Assembly: GCA_964498285.1 (NCBI GenBank)
Contig: CAZCGN010000001.1
Coordinates: 175,916 to 239,915 of the forward strand
Source: an uncultured Methanosarcinales archaeon
GTDB taxonomy: Archaea > Nanobdellota > Nanobdellia > Woesearchaeales > GW2011-AR9
Direction of reading: 5' to 3'
DNA length: 64,000 bases
In this document: in pieces, positions 46,469-56,865 of the stretch
How positions within the stretch are numbered: position 1 is the stretch's first letter
Layout of the letters: each line of letters begins with the position of its first letter
Made by a program: the position numbers and the translations under genes
The notes under the pieces: model-generated
Database searches by the model: none
Told to the model about the DNA's origin: nothing
What the model saw: the letters and a program-made list of their open reading frames with translations, nothing else

Positions 46469-49276
46469 TTACTTTATATATTTGTCTGTATAATATGCTC
46501 GCAATTTTCGATAGAGTATCTTTTTTGTCGGCCCTTTGGGGATATTATCTAAATCTTCAAGTGTATTAATTATGATTATTTCTTTTGGTTGCTTGTATCC
46601 TGCAAGCTTTCCTGACAAAAAATCTATTAACTCTTCTTTTGTTGTAGAGCCATTTTCATGCAGCTTCACAAAAGCGCAAACTTCTTCTCCAAGTAGAGGG
46701 TGAGGAATCCCAATCACTGCGCATTCAGAAACACTATTATGTTTGAACAAAACATTCTCAACCTCACTTGGATAAATGTTCTCTCCCCCCTTAATGATCA
46801 AGAAATCTTTACGTGTCTTAAAGTAGATATAACCATCTTCATCTTTGTATCCAAAATCTCCACTACGAAACCAGCCATCTCTAAAATTCTGTTTGTTCTT
46901 CTCTTCAAGGTCAAAATATTCGTTCACAACATTCAAGCCGCGAATACAAATCTCTCCTTCTTGATGAGGTTGGAGTTCACAATCATTTTCATCACGTATA
47001 GTAATTCTATTAATAGGAAATTCTCTTCCAACTGATCCTTCTTTCCGCTTTTCTTTTGGATAATTGTTAAAACAAGCAAACGATGTTGTTTCTGTAAGAC
47101 CATAGCCTTCAAAAATTGGAACACTGAATCTTTCTTCAAATTTTCGTTGCACTTCTCTTGTAAGTACTTGCCCCCCACAGATTATCCCCCGCATTGATGT
47201 GTCTTTCCGCTCAATTGGCATACTAAGTAATATTGATAAAATTGAGGGCATAACACTTGTCCAGTTAACATTGTACTTATCAACAACAGACCAAAATGCA
47301 AGTAAGCTTGCCTTTCCTTGGATAATTACTGTTGACCCACCTGAATAAAGAGGTGTGAGAAGAGTTATCACCTGCCCATTGTTGTGAAATAACGGAAGAA
47401 TACAAAGTGTTCTTGTGGTTTTAGTAAAATGAAACCACTCAGAGATCACTTTGGCATCAGAAAGAAGGTTAAGATGAGTTAGCACTGCTCCTTTAGGATT
47501 TCCAGTGGTACCCGAAGTATAAATAATAACTGCTTCATCAGTAAGGTTTACCTTTGGAAAAGTGGATCTCACCTCCAAGATAGAATCATCCAAATCCCTC
47601 TCTTTAAGATTGCGAATCTCTGTTGCAGGACAAATCTCGACTTCTGATGAGACTTGACCTTTCAGTTCCTCAATTTTGGTTTTCAGTGATGAATCATAGA
47701 AAACTGTCTTGGATCTTGATTGGGTGATAATATAAGCCATTTCAGGCGCAGAAAGAGCTGGGTTAATTGGAACAACAGTTATGCCTAAGCGCAAAGCTGC
47801 AAAGTAAAGTAAAACAAATTCAGGAGAGTTTGGAATTATCAGGTTTATTCGCTCACCTTTGGAAACCTTTTTCTCTAAAAGATAATTTGCAACTTTTAGC
47901 AACATGTAATCAAACTCTTGATATGAAAATGATTCATTCATTCCTGGGAAAAAGGCAAAGGTTTTGTCTGGATCTTCTTGCACTTTTGCAGAAAATAGTT
48001 CATACACATTGTTATACTCAATTGGAAATGGCTCTCCTAACTTTTGGTGATCAAAAAGTTGCTCATCTTCCACAAGTATTGATGCTTCTTGTAGGGCAGG
48101 TTTTTCTAAGTATTGTTCTACAACATCCATTATATCTTGTAGAGTAGTCATCTTTAGAGAATCTCGAAACTTTATCTCGATACCAAACTTTTTTTCTACT
48201 GCAGAGAGGAGTTGAATATGTTTTAAAGAGTCCCACTCAAGATATTTTTCCATTGAGATATTCTCTTCATCTAATGAAAGATTGAGTACTTGCTCAAACA
48301 CTTCCTTAAGCCCTTCTCTAATTAAACTGTTAACCGAACTTTGTTTTGTGTTTGTATTAAAATGGCCTATAATATTTTGTGCCGCAAGTTGTGCCATATT
48401 ATGCCTGCATTCCTTTGTTGCAGTTCCAATGTGAGGAATTACAATACAATTCGGAAGATTACAAATAGGATGATTACCAGAAATTGGCTCAGGATCTGTA
48501 ACATCTAAACATGCCCCACGAACTTGCCCACTTTTTAAGGCAGCATAAAGATGATCAGTGTTTACGACTCCTCCACGAGCCATGTTAAGAAGGATAGGTT
48601 TTCTCGCCATTTTATTAAATGCAATTTGATCAATCAAGCCTTTTGTTTCTTCAGATAAAGGAACGTGTAAAGAAATATAATCTGAATGCGCAAGTAAGTA
48701 GTCCAGATCAACTTGTTTTACAGGAGGATCTTCTGAATCTACTTTTGAACGGTTGTGATATATTACATTAAGATCAAACCCCCGAGCTCGCTGGGCGACA
48801 GCTTTCCCTATTTTTCCAAAACCAATTATCCCAAAAGTCTTTCCACTCAACTCTTCTCCTAAGAACAGTTCTGGATCCCATGATTTCCAATTATCACTCC
48901 TGACAAATTCCTGTGCCAAAGATACTTGCCGTATTAGTTGCAAGAGAAGAGCAAAAGTCATATCCGCAGTGCTATTAGTTACAACGTTCGGCGTGTTATA
49001 AATAAAGATCCCTCTCTTTTTTGCATATTCCAAATCAATGTTGTCAAGACCTACTGCAAAATTTGAGATTACTTGAAGGTTGTTTTTAAGATCAAGAATC
49101 TCGGGAGTAAACTTTTCAGTAACTGAAGAGAGAATGCCATCATAACTGGAGACAACTTCTTTAAGTTTTTCTACAGAAAGAGGAGCATTATCATAACTTT
49201 CGTCCACGTGAAAATGTGCAGAGAGAATCTCTCTTGCAACCTTAGGCAACCTTCTTGTGATAAATATCTTTTTCAT
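46469..49276 (-). CDS. Tridomain enzyme: D-isomer 2-hydroxyacid dehydrogenase - carrier protein - AMP-binding adenylation domain
   Basis: The N-terminal ~310 aa form a D-isomer 2-hydroxyacid dehydrogenase domain (NAD-binding GKTFGIIGFGKIGKAV, catalytic His/Glu/Arg pattern). The middle ~70 aa are a carrier domain (EKYLEWDSLKHIQLLSAVEKKFG). The C-terminal ~530 aa are an adenylation domain (IIYTSGTTGNPKGAVLTH, YGLTETT, YFKTRKDFLIIKGGENIYPSEVE). 935 aa. Confidence 0.7.
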   Translation of the reverse strand: MKKIFITRRLPKVAREILSAHFHVDESYDNAPLSVEKLKEVVSSYDGILSSVTEKFTPEILDLKNNLQVISNFAVGLDNIDLEYAKKRGIFIYNTPNVVTNSTADMTFALLLQLIRQVSLAQEFVRSDNWKSWDPELFLGEELSGKTFGIIGFGKIGKAVAQRARGFDLNVIYHNRSKVDSEDPPVKQVDLDYLLAHSDYISLHVPLSEETKGLIDQIAFNKMARKPILLNMARGGVVNTDHLYAALKSGQVRGACLDVTDPEPISGNHPICNLPNCIVIPHIGTATKECRHNMAQLAAQNIIGHFNTNTKQSSVNSLIREGLKEVFEQVLNLSLDEENISMEKYLEWDSLKHIQLLSAVEKKFGIEIKFRDSLKMTTLQDIMDVVEQYLEKPALQEASILVEDEQLFDHQKLGEPFPIEYNNVYELFSAKVQEDPDKTFAFFPGMNESFSYQEFDYMLLKVANYLLEKKVSKGERINLIIPNSPEFVLLYFAALRLGITVVPINPALSAPEMAYIITQSRSKTVFYDSSLKTKIEELKGQVSSEVEICPATEIRNLKERDLDDSILEVRSTFPKVNLTDEAVIIYTSGTTGNPKGAVLTHLNLLSDAKVISEWFHFTKTTRTLCILPLFHNNGQVITLLTPLYSGGSTVIIQGKASLLAFWSVVDKYNVNWTSVMPSILSILLSMPIERKDTSMRGIICGGQVLTREVQRKFEERFSVPIFEGYGLTETTSFACFNNYPKEKRKEGSVGREFPINRITIRDENDCELQPHQEGEICIRGLNVVNEYFDLEEKNKQNFRDGWFRSGDFGYKDEDGYIYFKTRKDFLIIKGGENIYPSEVENVLFKHNSVSECAVIGIPHPLLGEEVCAFVKLHENGSTTKEELIDFLSGKLAGYKQPKEIIIINTLEDLDNIPKGPTKKILYRKLRAYYTDKYIK

Positions 49277-49303
49277 ATTTTTATATGCATTAGTCCTTCT
49301 TGT

Positions 49304-50611
49304 TTAGAGATCATTTGTGTAGTTAACTTCTGAAGATCTCTCCATTGAGGAAGTATTTGGAAGCGTTTCTTTTTTTCTTCTCAAATATTCGCCGACTTTC
49401 TTCATCCCTTGTTCTATAACTTCCAAATTATTGACTAATGGTCCAAAAGACACTCGTACTGCACCTGATAGAGTCCTACCAAAACCCCAACCTGGTACAA
49501 AAAGAACTGCAGATTCCTTAAGCACTTCTTCAACAAATTTTGCCCCATCATCACCAACTTTAATACAAGTATATAAACCACCTTTAGGTGTGAGTGCTGG
49601 AAGACCGATATATTCTTTGATTGCTTTAACTGTATGTTCGCCTGCTCGCCTATATTGTTCACTAATTTGTTTTGTATACGATCTTAAAGTGTTATTTTCT
49701 ATTGCATCGTTGAGATACTTTGTTAAAGCCATCTGATGAAGATTGTCGGGACAAAGAATGGATGACCCTTGAATTGATTCTAATGCGTGAACAATTTCAC
49801 TACTTGCCTCAATCCATCCTAACCGTCTTCCAAGACTTCTGCTCCACTTGGAGTTTGAATGAATTGTTAAGAAATGATCATCTGGTTTCCAGGAAAAGTA
49901 TTCTGGAAGATTTTCATCAAAGACCATATCCTTATACGCAAAATCAACAATGAGAAAACTTCCAACCTCCTTTACTGCTCTGAGGGCTGATGCAACAAAA
50001 TCATCTGACAAGACTTGTGAGGTTGGATTATCAGGCGAGACTAATAACACTACTTTTGGTCGTTCCTGAAGAATAAAATCATAAAACTCTTGGCATCGTC
50101 GATCCGCAACGTACTCCCATCGCTCAGTATCAATAACAGGAAAGCGTACAACTTCAACGTCTAAAGCAGTCGTTACCTGCGAAGGAAGATTACAATAACT
50201 TGGATCAAGAAGCGCCACTTTATCACCAGGGTTTAACAATACTTGCATAAGGTTAAAGGTAAGTTGAGTTGAACTCGCACCAATTGCTATATGCTGTGGC
50301 TCAAGCCCCAGGGTGCCATACAAATGGCTTTCATACCGAATAATGGCCTTTTTGCACTCAGGACTTCCAAGCGTTGCAGAATAACCACCGGACATGTGAA
50401 AACTTGCCTCATTTGAAACTATTTCTTGGTATGCTTTTTGTAATAATGATGGAGCTTTGTGATTAACCCACCCCCCGGCAAATGAGATAACTTCTGATGC
50501 TTCAACCCCTATTTTTTTAAAGTACGCTGGATCTGCATAGTCCATAATTTGCCTAATTGGAGAGATTGTTCTCCGAAAACTAAGTGATTTATCTGATAAC
50601 ATTGGTTTCAT
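49304..50611 (-). CDS. Class I/II PLP-dependent aminotransferase
   Basis: SNSKWSRSLGRRLGW (PLP-lysine region) and fold-type-I spacing. 435 aa. Confidence 0.7.
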   Translation of the reverse strand: MKPMLSDKSLSFRRTISPIRQIMDYADPAYFKKIGVEASEVISFAGGWVNHKAPSLLQKAYQEIVSNEASFHMSGGYSATLGSPECKKAIIRYESHLYGTLGLEPQHIAIGASSTQLTFNLMQVLLNPGDKVALLDPSYCNLPSQVTTALDVEVVRFPVIDTERWEYVADRRCQEFYDFILQERPKVVLLVSPDNPTSQVLSDDFVASALRAVKEVGSFLIVDFAYKDMVFDENLPEYFSWKPDDHFLTIHSNSKWSRSLGRRLGWIEASSEIVHALESIQGSSILCPDNLHQMALTKYLNDAIENNTLRSYTKQISEQYRRAGEHTVKAIKEYIGLPALTPKGGLYTCIKVGDDGAKFVEEVLKESAVLFVPGWGFGRTLSGAVRVSFGPLVNNLEVIEQGMKKVGEYLRRKKETLPNTSSMERSSEVNYTNDL

Positions 50612-50649
50612 TCTAGTATACCTCTTGTCGTGATTATTTTGTGATCATT

Positions 50650-51402
50650 TTATACGACCATCCCCCCGTCAATAACGAGAACCTGGCCTGTAACATAGCT
50701 TGACATTGCAGTTGCTAAGAACAGTGCACCTTTTGCAATCTCTTCTGGTTTTGCAATTCTTCGTAGTGAAGTTCTACTAACAAGTTTTTCCACGCGAGCC
50801 TTATCTAACGCATCTAGCATGTCTGTTTGAGTCAATCCTGGTGCTAGAGCATTTACTCGTATGCCCACCTCTCCCAACTCTTTTGCCGCAGCTTTTGTAA
50901 GCCCTATTACTCCTGCTTTACTTGAACAATACGGGGTTTGGCCCGCGTTTCCATAAATCCCAACCGAAGAAGTAACATTTATGATCCTGCCTCCATTTGG
51001 ATTGCTCATCATAAGTTTAGTTGCTTCATGCAAACAGTTATATGTTCCTTTTAAGTTAACATTCAAAATAGCATCCCAATCCTGCTCCTCTGTTTTTACA
51101 ATAAGATTATCTTTTAAGATTCCCGCATTATTAACAAGAACATCTATTTTGCCAAATTTTTCTTTGATCGTACGAAACATTTCAGCAACTTCATAAGAAT
51201 TACTTACATCTGCCTTAACCAAAAGCACTGTTGCTCCAATTTGTATGATCTCTTCTGCGGTTCTTTGTGCCTCAATATGATTCTTCAAATAATTTACTAT
51301 AACCATAGCTCCTTGCTTTGCAAACTCTAAAGCTATCGCTCGTCCAATTCCCCGACTTGCCCCAGTTACTAGGGCCACTTCCCCACGCATAAGGTCGATC
51401 AT
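50650..51402 (-). CDS. fabG: SDR-family 3-oxoacyl-(ACP) reductase (FabG-like)
   Basis: TGASRGIGRAIA, NNAG, and the YCSSKAG catalytic tetrad region. Confidence 0.8.
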   Translation of the reverse strand: MIDLMRGEVALVTGASRGIGRAIALEFAKQGAMVIVNYLKNHIEAQRTAEEIIQIGATVLLVKADVSNSYEVAEMFRTIKEKFGKIDVLVNNAGILKDNLIVKTEEQDWDAILNVNLKGTYNCLHEATKLMMSNPNGGRIINVTSSVGIYGNAGQTPYCSSKAGVIGLTKAAAKELGEVGIRVNALAPGLTQTDMLDALDKARVEKLVSRTSLRRIAKPEEIAKGALFLATAMSSYVTGQVLVIDGGMVV

Positions 51403-51491
51403 TTATAAACCTCTTCTGGTTGCATCAGGAGTATAAATAGATTATGGTCTTAGGGAACAGCAATCATCATGGGGGAAATCTACGAGGAGAA

Positions 51492-52415
51492 TTAGGGAGA
51501 CTTATGCTTGAGAATGCATGCATAATTTATTGGGGTTTTTTTATCTTCGGGTTTCTTTGCTGAAAATACATTTAAAACAAGTTCTTTTTCAATATCAAAA
51601 AATTCTTCAAGCATGTCCCGTACCTCTTGAGCTGATTTGAAAAGATAAATATGGTCTATTGCAGCAGCCCAAACTGCAGTTGTAAGGAAAAGTGTACCGC
51701 CCTTTTTAAGAAGCCCTTTGAGCTTTTTGAGAAGTGCTTTTGGATCTTCGAGATGTTCAAGTAATTCTCCACAAACTACCTTATCATATTGGCCTTCACT
51801 AGGAATATCAAAAATATTCTCTTTATGAATCATAGCCTTAATTCCATTATACTCTAAGACCTTTTTGCTAAACGTAACAGAGCTTGCACTAATATCATAT
51901 CCTTCAGCAACCCATTGTGGATTAGATCTCATAAACTCCGAAATAAACACTCCTGAGCCCACTGGAACCTCAATTATCTTGCCATTAGGAGAAAAAGGAG
52001 CTGAAAATTCCTTTAGAAAAAAAAGGAGCATCTTGTGATGGTTTATCCATAATGCCTGTGAAAGAAGAAGACCATTAAGATACCTTGTTTCCATAACTAA
52101 AGGATTATCATATACCTTTTCTTGGGCTTGTGAATAAGAGGAAAAAAGATATTTCCCCGTTTTTTCAAGTTCAATTTGCAATCGCAAAAACTCCATAGAA
52201 TATTCAATAAAATCTTTGATTGCTTTCGTGTACCTCTCCAAACTTTGGTTACAAAGAGCAAACATAGTTTGACACATCTTCTCGCCAAGCTCTCTGTCAT
52301 ATTTTGGATCAAGCAGTTTATCAGGAATACTCCTTGTTACAGGAGACTGCTTGAGTTGATCAAGAGTGTATGCAAATAGATCATCTGGTTTTGTATCGCC
52401 CATTGTTTCATTCAA
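51492..52415 (-). CDS. Class I SAM-dependent methyltransferase
   Basis: Motif I IIEVPVGSGVF and post-I acidic residue. 307 aa. Confidence 0.6.
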   Translation of the reverse strand: MNETMGDTKPDDLFAYTLDQLKQSPVTRSIPDKLLDPKYDRELGEKMCQTMFALCNQSLERYTKAIKDFIEYSMEFLRLQIELEKTGKYLFSSYSQAQEKVYDNPLVMETRYLNGLLLSQALWINHHKMLLFFLKEFSAPFSPNGKIIEVPVGSGVFISEFMRSNPQWVAEGYDISASSVTFSKKVLEYNGIKAMIHKENIFDIPSEGQYDKVVCGELLEHLEDPKALLKKLKGLLKKGGTLFLTTAVWAAAIDHIYLFKSAQEVRDMLEEFFDIEKELVLNVFSAKKPEDKKTPINYACILKHKSP

Positions 52416-53520
52416 TTAGATATTCTTCTTTTATTAATTCTCCCAACAAAGCTGCATAAACTTGATTCCCGTCAGCATTAAAATGACCATCAAAATTCCA
52501 ATGCATTTGAGTCGCTCGAGGGTGCTCTATTAAATCTTGAGTTGGATCAAAAAAATCAAGTCCTAAACGTTGTGTAATAATCGTATAGATTTCCTGAGCT
52601 ATCCTTGGGTTAAGATTTGCTTCATCCAAGTTATAACTCTCACTGATCACATCCAATCGTTCAGGATTTATTTGGTATGGTGGTGGAAGAAAAAGTACCA
52701 GAAGAGGGATATCTTGAGCTTGGGCTGATTTTTTCATCTCTGCAAGATTTTGGTATGTGCTATGGATACTATCTTGTATTGCAGGTGTGTTTCTTCCCTG
52801 CAGGAGAGCAAGATCAAAAGCATTAGAATTCCTCCCATGCCTATTAATTCCTAAGGTAGTAATTAATGTATGGCCAAGTGGCGTTGTTTTTGCTTTCCAA
52901 TAGAGGTGATTTATAAACTTGGAGTTCTCGTATACCCAAAGAGTAAAGGATTTTCTTTGTTGGGTACTACTTCTTTTATCAAATAGATTTGTTGCATACA
53001 AATTGCCGAGTCCTACTTCTACAACAATTAAATCAGGATTATATTTTGGTGCATACTCCTGGAGAATATAATTCATTTCACCAAGTCCACTACCCCCAAG
53101 GCCCAAATTTATAACTTCAACTCCTCCCATGGAAGATTCAAGAATACTAGGATATGTTTGTTCAAGATCAACCGTGTTGCCAAATACTGAAGATGACCCA
53201 ATTATTGCAATTCTATAAACTCCCTCTTCCTTTTGCAGGCTATGAAAGTCACGAAAACCTAAATGGTTTGTATTAATTGTGTATGAAAATTCTGAGGTGG
53301 ATTTTGTAAAGTTCGTCAAATTCACATAAACATTCTTCTTCAGTTCAGGAACAAATTGAGCATTTTCTTTTGGCCAAAGTCCTGGTGCCACTTCATCACT
53401 TTTAAATACGCGTACTCCTGCTTCCCCTGCTGCTAGACAAAGTAAGAGGACAACAAACAAAACAAGAAAGTTTATTCCTAAGTTGCGTAACTTTTTTTGA
53501 GTGTTCTTTGAAGGAGACAT
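52408..53520 (-). CDS. Membrane-anchored SGNH-hydrolase-like protein (AlgX/AlgJ/DltD-like O-acyltransferase candidate)
   Basis: N-terminal TM helix, then IAIIGSSSVFGN and GLGGSGLGE blocks consistent with an SGNH fold. Confidence 0.4.
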   Translation of the reverse strand: MSPSKNTQKKLRNLGINFLVLFVVLLLCLAAGEAGVRVFKSDEVAPGLWPKENAQFVPELKKNVYVNLTNFTKSTSEFSYTINTNHLGFRDFHSLQKEEGVYRIAIIGSSSVFGNTVDLEQTYPSILESSMGGVEVINLGLGGSGLGEMNYILQEYAPKYNPDLIVVEVGLGNLYATNLFDKRSSTQQRKSFTLWVYENSKFINHLYWKAKTTPLGHTLITTLGINRHGRNSNAFDLALLQGRNTPAIQDSIHSTYQNLAEMKKSAQAQDIPLLVLFLPPPYQINPERLDVISESYNLDEANLNPRIAQEIYTIITQRLGLDFFDPTQDLIEHPRATQMHWNFDGHFNADGNQVYAALLGELIKEEYLIE

Positions 53521-53649
53521 TTGCTTGAAATTTTCGAAGTATGTAGATATATAAAGATTTAGGAACGGTGAATTTGTTAACTTCCCAGGTAGCTATTTAC
53601 TACTCCCAAAAGCTAAATATTTTTAAACACTCAACTTGCTTAAAACCTC

Positions 53650-54630
53650 ATGGGGGAGAAAAAGTTCTATCTTCTAGTACCAATCATAGCATTAGTTATA
53701 AGCACCATCATATATGTCTCCTTTGCAAGTTCTTTTAATAGTCTTGGGCCAGAAAGTTCCAGGTTTCAGACCATACTACACGAATATGATACACTTCCTG
53801 CCGAAAGCCTCTTATTTTTGGGAGATAGTCAAATCCAAGATGGAATTGATTGTAATTTAATAGACCAAATAGTTGAAGAAAAATGTTTCAACTTTGGATT
53901 AGCAGGCTTGGTACCGGTCCAATTAGCTCTTCAAAAAGAGTTGATTATCTCAAGTAGTCCAAAGACAGTTGTTATTGGAACTTCCGCTGCATTCTATGAT
54001 GAATCTATGAATAAAAATGATGATCTATTTATGGTTATGAGCCAGTTCAAAAAAATCTCATATGATGCATTTCTTCTAACAAAGGTTACCGAACAAGAAA
54101 AAAAACTCTTAACAATGAACATCTTTCAAAGGTCTCTTTATAAGCGAAAATTCATTCTCCCTTTCTATACATCACTCTTTAAGCAAGTGTTCTTCTCGCA
54201 AGAAGTATACCCAAACATAATCAACAATTTTAAAAATCCACATTTCTTTATTCACCAACAACCTATTGAGACATTAATCTCGAAACTTGAAGATCCAAAC
54301 ATCACACAAATTTTTGAAATTGAAAAATCTCAGAAACGAGAACGAGAAGCGTTTCATTATCTCATTGCAGAGATGAAAAAAGAAGGAATCCACGTTGTCG
54401 TGATCCATATGCCAACGCACCCTTTAGTTTGGCAAACTGTTCCCTCTTCATCGCAGGAAACATTTCAGCAATATCTTGAAGAGCTCTCAGATGTCCTCAA
54501 CTTTACGTTAATAAACACTCAAGAAGATTTTCTCCCAGAACATTTTACAGATCTAACTCACCTTAACAGGGCTGGTTCAGAACATTTATCCAAAAAAATT
54601 GTAGAAGGTGAGTATAATATTATTCAATAG
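53650..54630 (+). CDS. DltD-like membrane-anchored SGNH-fold protein
   Basis: N-terminal TM anchor and LFLGDSQIQDGID (GDS block). Size and topology as DltD/AlgJ. Overlaps the MBOAT start by 23 nt. Confidence 0.5.
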   Translation: MGEKKFYLLVPIIALVISTIIYVSFASSFNSLGPESSRFQTILHEYDTLPAESLLFLGDSQIQDGIDCNLIDQIVEEKCFNFGLAGLVPVQLALQKELIISSSPKTVVIGTSAAFYDESMNKNDDLFMVMSQFKKISYDAFLLTKVTEQEKKLLTMNIFQRSLYKRKFILPFYTSLFKQVFFSQEVYPNIINNFKNPHFFIHQQPIETLISKLEDPNITQIFEIEKSQKREREAFHYLIAEMKKEGIHVVVIHMPTHPLVWQTVPSSSQETFQQYLEELSDVLNFTLINTQEDFLPEHFTDLTHLNRAGSEHLSKKIVEGEYNIIQ

Positions 54631-56068
54631 TCTTGCTTTTCTCTATTTTGGACTTGTTATTCTCCTCTTTTTACTCATTGTTCAACATAAAAAATGGCAG
54701 TATCTTTTCTTACTTGCTGCAAGCTATTTTTTTTATGCATATTCTAGCGGATACTTGTTTCTGTTGTTACTCTTCTCATCAGTCTTAGATTTTTACTGTG
54801 GGAGATCTATTTCTAACTCGACAAAAAAAAGAACACGTAACCTGTTTCTTACGTTAAGTTTAGTGGGGAATATTGGTGTTCTTGCATTTTTCAAGTATAC
54901 TGATTTTGCTATAACAACAGTAAATAGTGTTGCGGGATTTTTTGGATATTCAACTTCAATTCCTCTCTTGCATCTTGTTCTACCAATTGGAATTTCCTTT
55001 TTCACATTTCAAACAATGAGTTATACTCTTGATATTTATATGAACAAACTTAAACCAACTTCTTCCTTCCTCAATTTTGCCCTCTACGTTTCCTTTTTCC
55101 CTCAACTCGTTGCAGGACCAATTGTACGAGCAGCAGATTTCCTTCCACAGCTTAGTAAGAAAATTGTTGTAACAAAGGAAAATTTCATGCAGGGACTTAC
55201 CCTCGTTATGTGGGGCCTTGTTAAAAAAATCGTTATTGCAGATAATATTGCACTTTTCGTAAATTCTTTTTATGCTGATCCTACAGCGATCCCTGGAAGT
55301 CTTCCCATTATCCTTGCTGCAATCGCTTTTACAATCCAAGTATATTGTGATTTTTCAGGATACTCCGATATTGCAATCGGACTTGCACGCATAATGGGCT
55401 TTCATTTTAATTTAAACTTTGATAAACCGTTCTTCTCACAATCTATTGCTGAATTTTGGAAAAGATGGCACATCTCCCTTTCAACATGGTTTAGGGACTA
55501 TCTTTTTACTCCGATTATGGGAAAACGTTTCACACTCAAAAAACTGTATGCAAGTGTATTTTTCGTCTATTTAGTGAGTGGCCTTTGGCATGGAGCTGGA
55601 TGGAATTTTGTTGCATGGGGCGCTCTTCATGGCACATTTCTGGTTATTTCTATGGTAAGTAGTCAGTGGAGAAACAAGTTCAACAAAAAGATTGGACTCC
55701 TTAAAGTTCCCAAATTTCACAGAGTATTGCGTACTGCCTGGACTTTATATTTAGTTGTTTTCTCTCTTCTGCTCTTTAGATTGTATGATGCTCGTTTTAT
55801 TTGGTATGCTGCAAAGAAATTCCTCATTCTTGATTTTAGTGAATTTACATCGCAGGTCATACAAGTTGCATCAGCATATGAAACTTCACTATTAATTATG
55901 GGCATCTTTGTTATTATTCATACAATCACGTACTTCAAAAAAGATACAATTTCACACATTGCACAAAAGGGATATTTTGAGTGGACAATGTATCTTATAG
56001 GAATGATCTTACTTTTGTACTTCCTTGCTCCAAGCGAGTCCATACAGTTTATCTATTTCCAATTCTAA
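54608..56068 (+). CDS. MBOAT-family membrane-bound O-acyltransferase (DltB/AlgI-like)
   Basis: Polytopic, with conserved FWKRWHISLSTWFRDYLFTPI block (catalytic His) and upstream QTMSYTLDIY region typical of DltB/AlgI. Confidence 0.8.
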   Translation: MSIILFNSLAFLYFGLVILLFLLIVQHKKWQYLFLLAASYFFYAYSSGYLFLLLLFSSVLDFYCGRSISNSTKKRTRNLFLTLSLVGNIGVLAFFKYTDFAITTVNSVAGFFGYSTSIPLLHLVLPIGISFFTFQTMSYTLDIYMNKLKPTSSFLNFALYVSFFPQLVAGPIVRAADFLPQLSKKIVVTKENFMQGLTLVMWGLVKKIVIADNIALFVNSFYADPTAIPGSLPIILAAIAFTIQVYCDFSGYSDIAIGLARIMGFHFNLNFDKPFFSQSIAEFWKRWHISLSTWFRDYLFTPIMGKRFTLKKLYASVFFVYLVSGLWHGAGWNFVAWGALHGTFLVISMVSSQWRNKFNKKIGLLKVPKFHRVLRTAWTLYLVVFSLLLFRLYDARFIWYAAKKFLILDFSEFTSQVIQVASAYETSLLIMGIFVIIHTITYFKKDTISHIAQKGYFEWTMYLIGMILLLYFLAPSESIQFIYFQF

Positions 56069-56118
56069 GATTCGATCTTTAACAATCTTTTTAAGGTGTC
56101 CATCTCAAGGAATTTTCT

Positions 56119-56865
56119 ATGAGTTCAAAGACCAGAAAAGATCTCTCAAATCTTACCAACAAGCAACTTCGTGCGAAGGGACGTAAAAAATGTTGGAGTG
56201 TATCACAAAAATTCTGGCTTGAAGTGTCCCTTTTCATTGCAGCGCCTCTTGCACGCACCCGTATTACACCTAACATTATCTCAATTTCGTGGATTTTCGT
56301 GCAACTAATCGCCGCGGCATTATTTATATTCGGCAGTTATTCGCTCAACCTTATTGCTATTATTCTCTTCAACTTTGTTGCCTACATTGGAGACCACCTT
56401 GATGGCAACGTTGCACGCATGAAAGAACAGTATAGTAACCTTGGCCCATACTTAGAACAACTTGCAATCTTTTTTGGAACACCCCTTATATTCCTTGGCC
56501 TTGCATTTGGGAACTTCTCACAGAATGCAAATGCAACATTTTTAGTGCTAAGTCTTCTGGGTGTACTCTTTTGGTTGTTTGAAAAGCTTATTCGAATTAA
56601 CCCGGTTTGGTTTAATGAGGAAAAACAAAAAGAGTTAGTATCAATTTATCGAAAAAAAGTCTCGTTTCGAACACAAAAGGGTTGGAAAAAATATTTCATT
56701 GAGTTTACCAGAAGAGGACAACCATTTAATTTACTCTTCTTTTTAGTGCTCTTTAATTTTGCGCAAGCGGCAGCTCTTATTTACTCCGGACTCTTTGCTG
56801 CAGAATTCGTGCGAAAGCTGACTGCAACTGTACTTAACCTCAAGAAATCAGACGCACATGGCTAA
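56119..56865 (+). CDS. CDP-alcohol phosphatidyltransferase family protein
   Basis: YIGDHLDGNVARMK contains D-G-x2-A-R of the CDP-OH_P_transf signature. Multiple TM helices. Confidence 0.6.
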   Translation: MSSKTRKDLSNLTNKQLRAKGRKKCWSVSQKFWLEVSLFIAAPLARTRITPNIISISWIFVQLIAAALFIFGSYSLNLIAIILFNFVAYIGDHLDGNVARMKEQYSNLGPYLEQLAIFFGTPLIFLGLAFGNFSQNANATFLVLSLLGVLFWLFEKLIRINPVWFNEEKQKELVSIYRKKVSFRTQKGWKKYFIEFTRRGQPFNLLFFLVLFNFAQAAALIYSGLFAAEFVRKLTATVLNLKKSDAHG

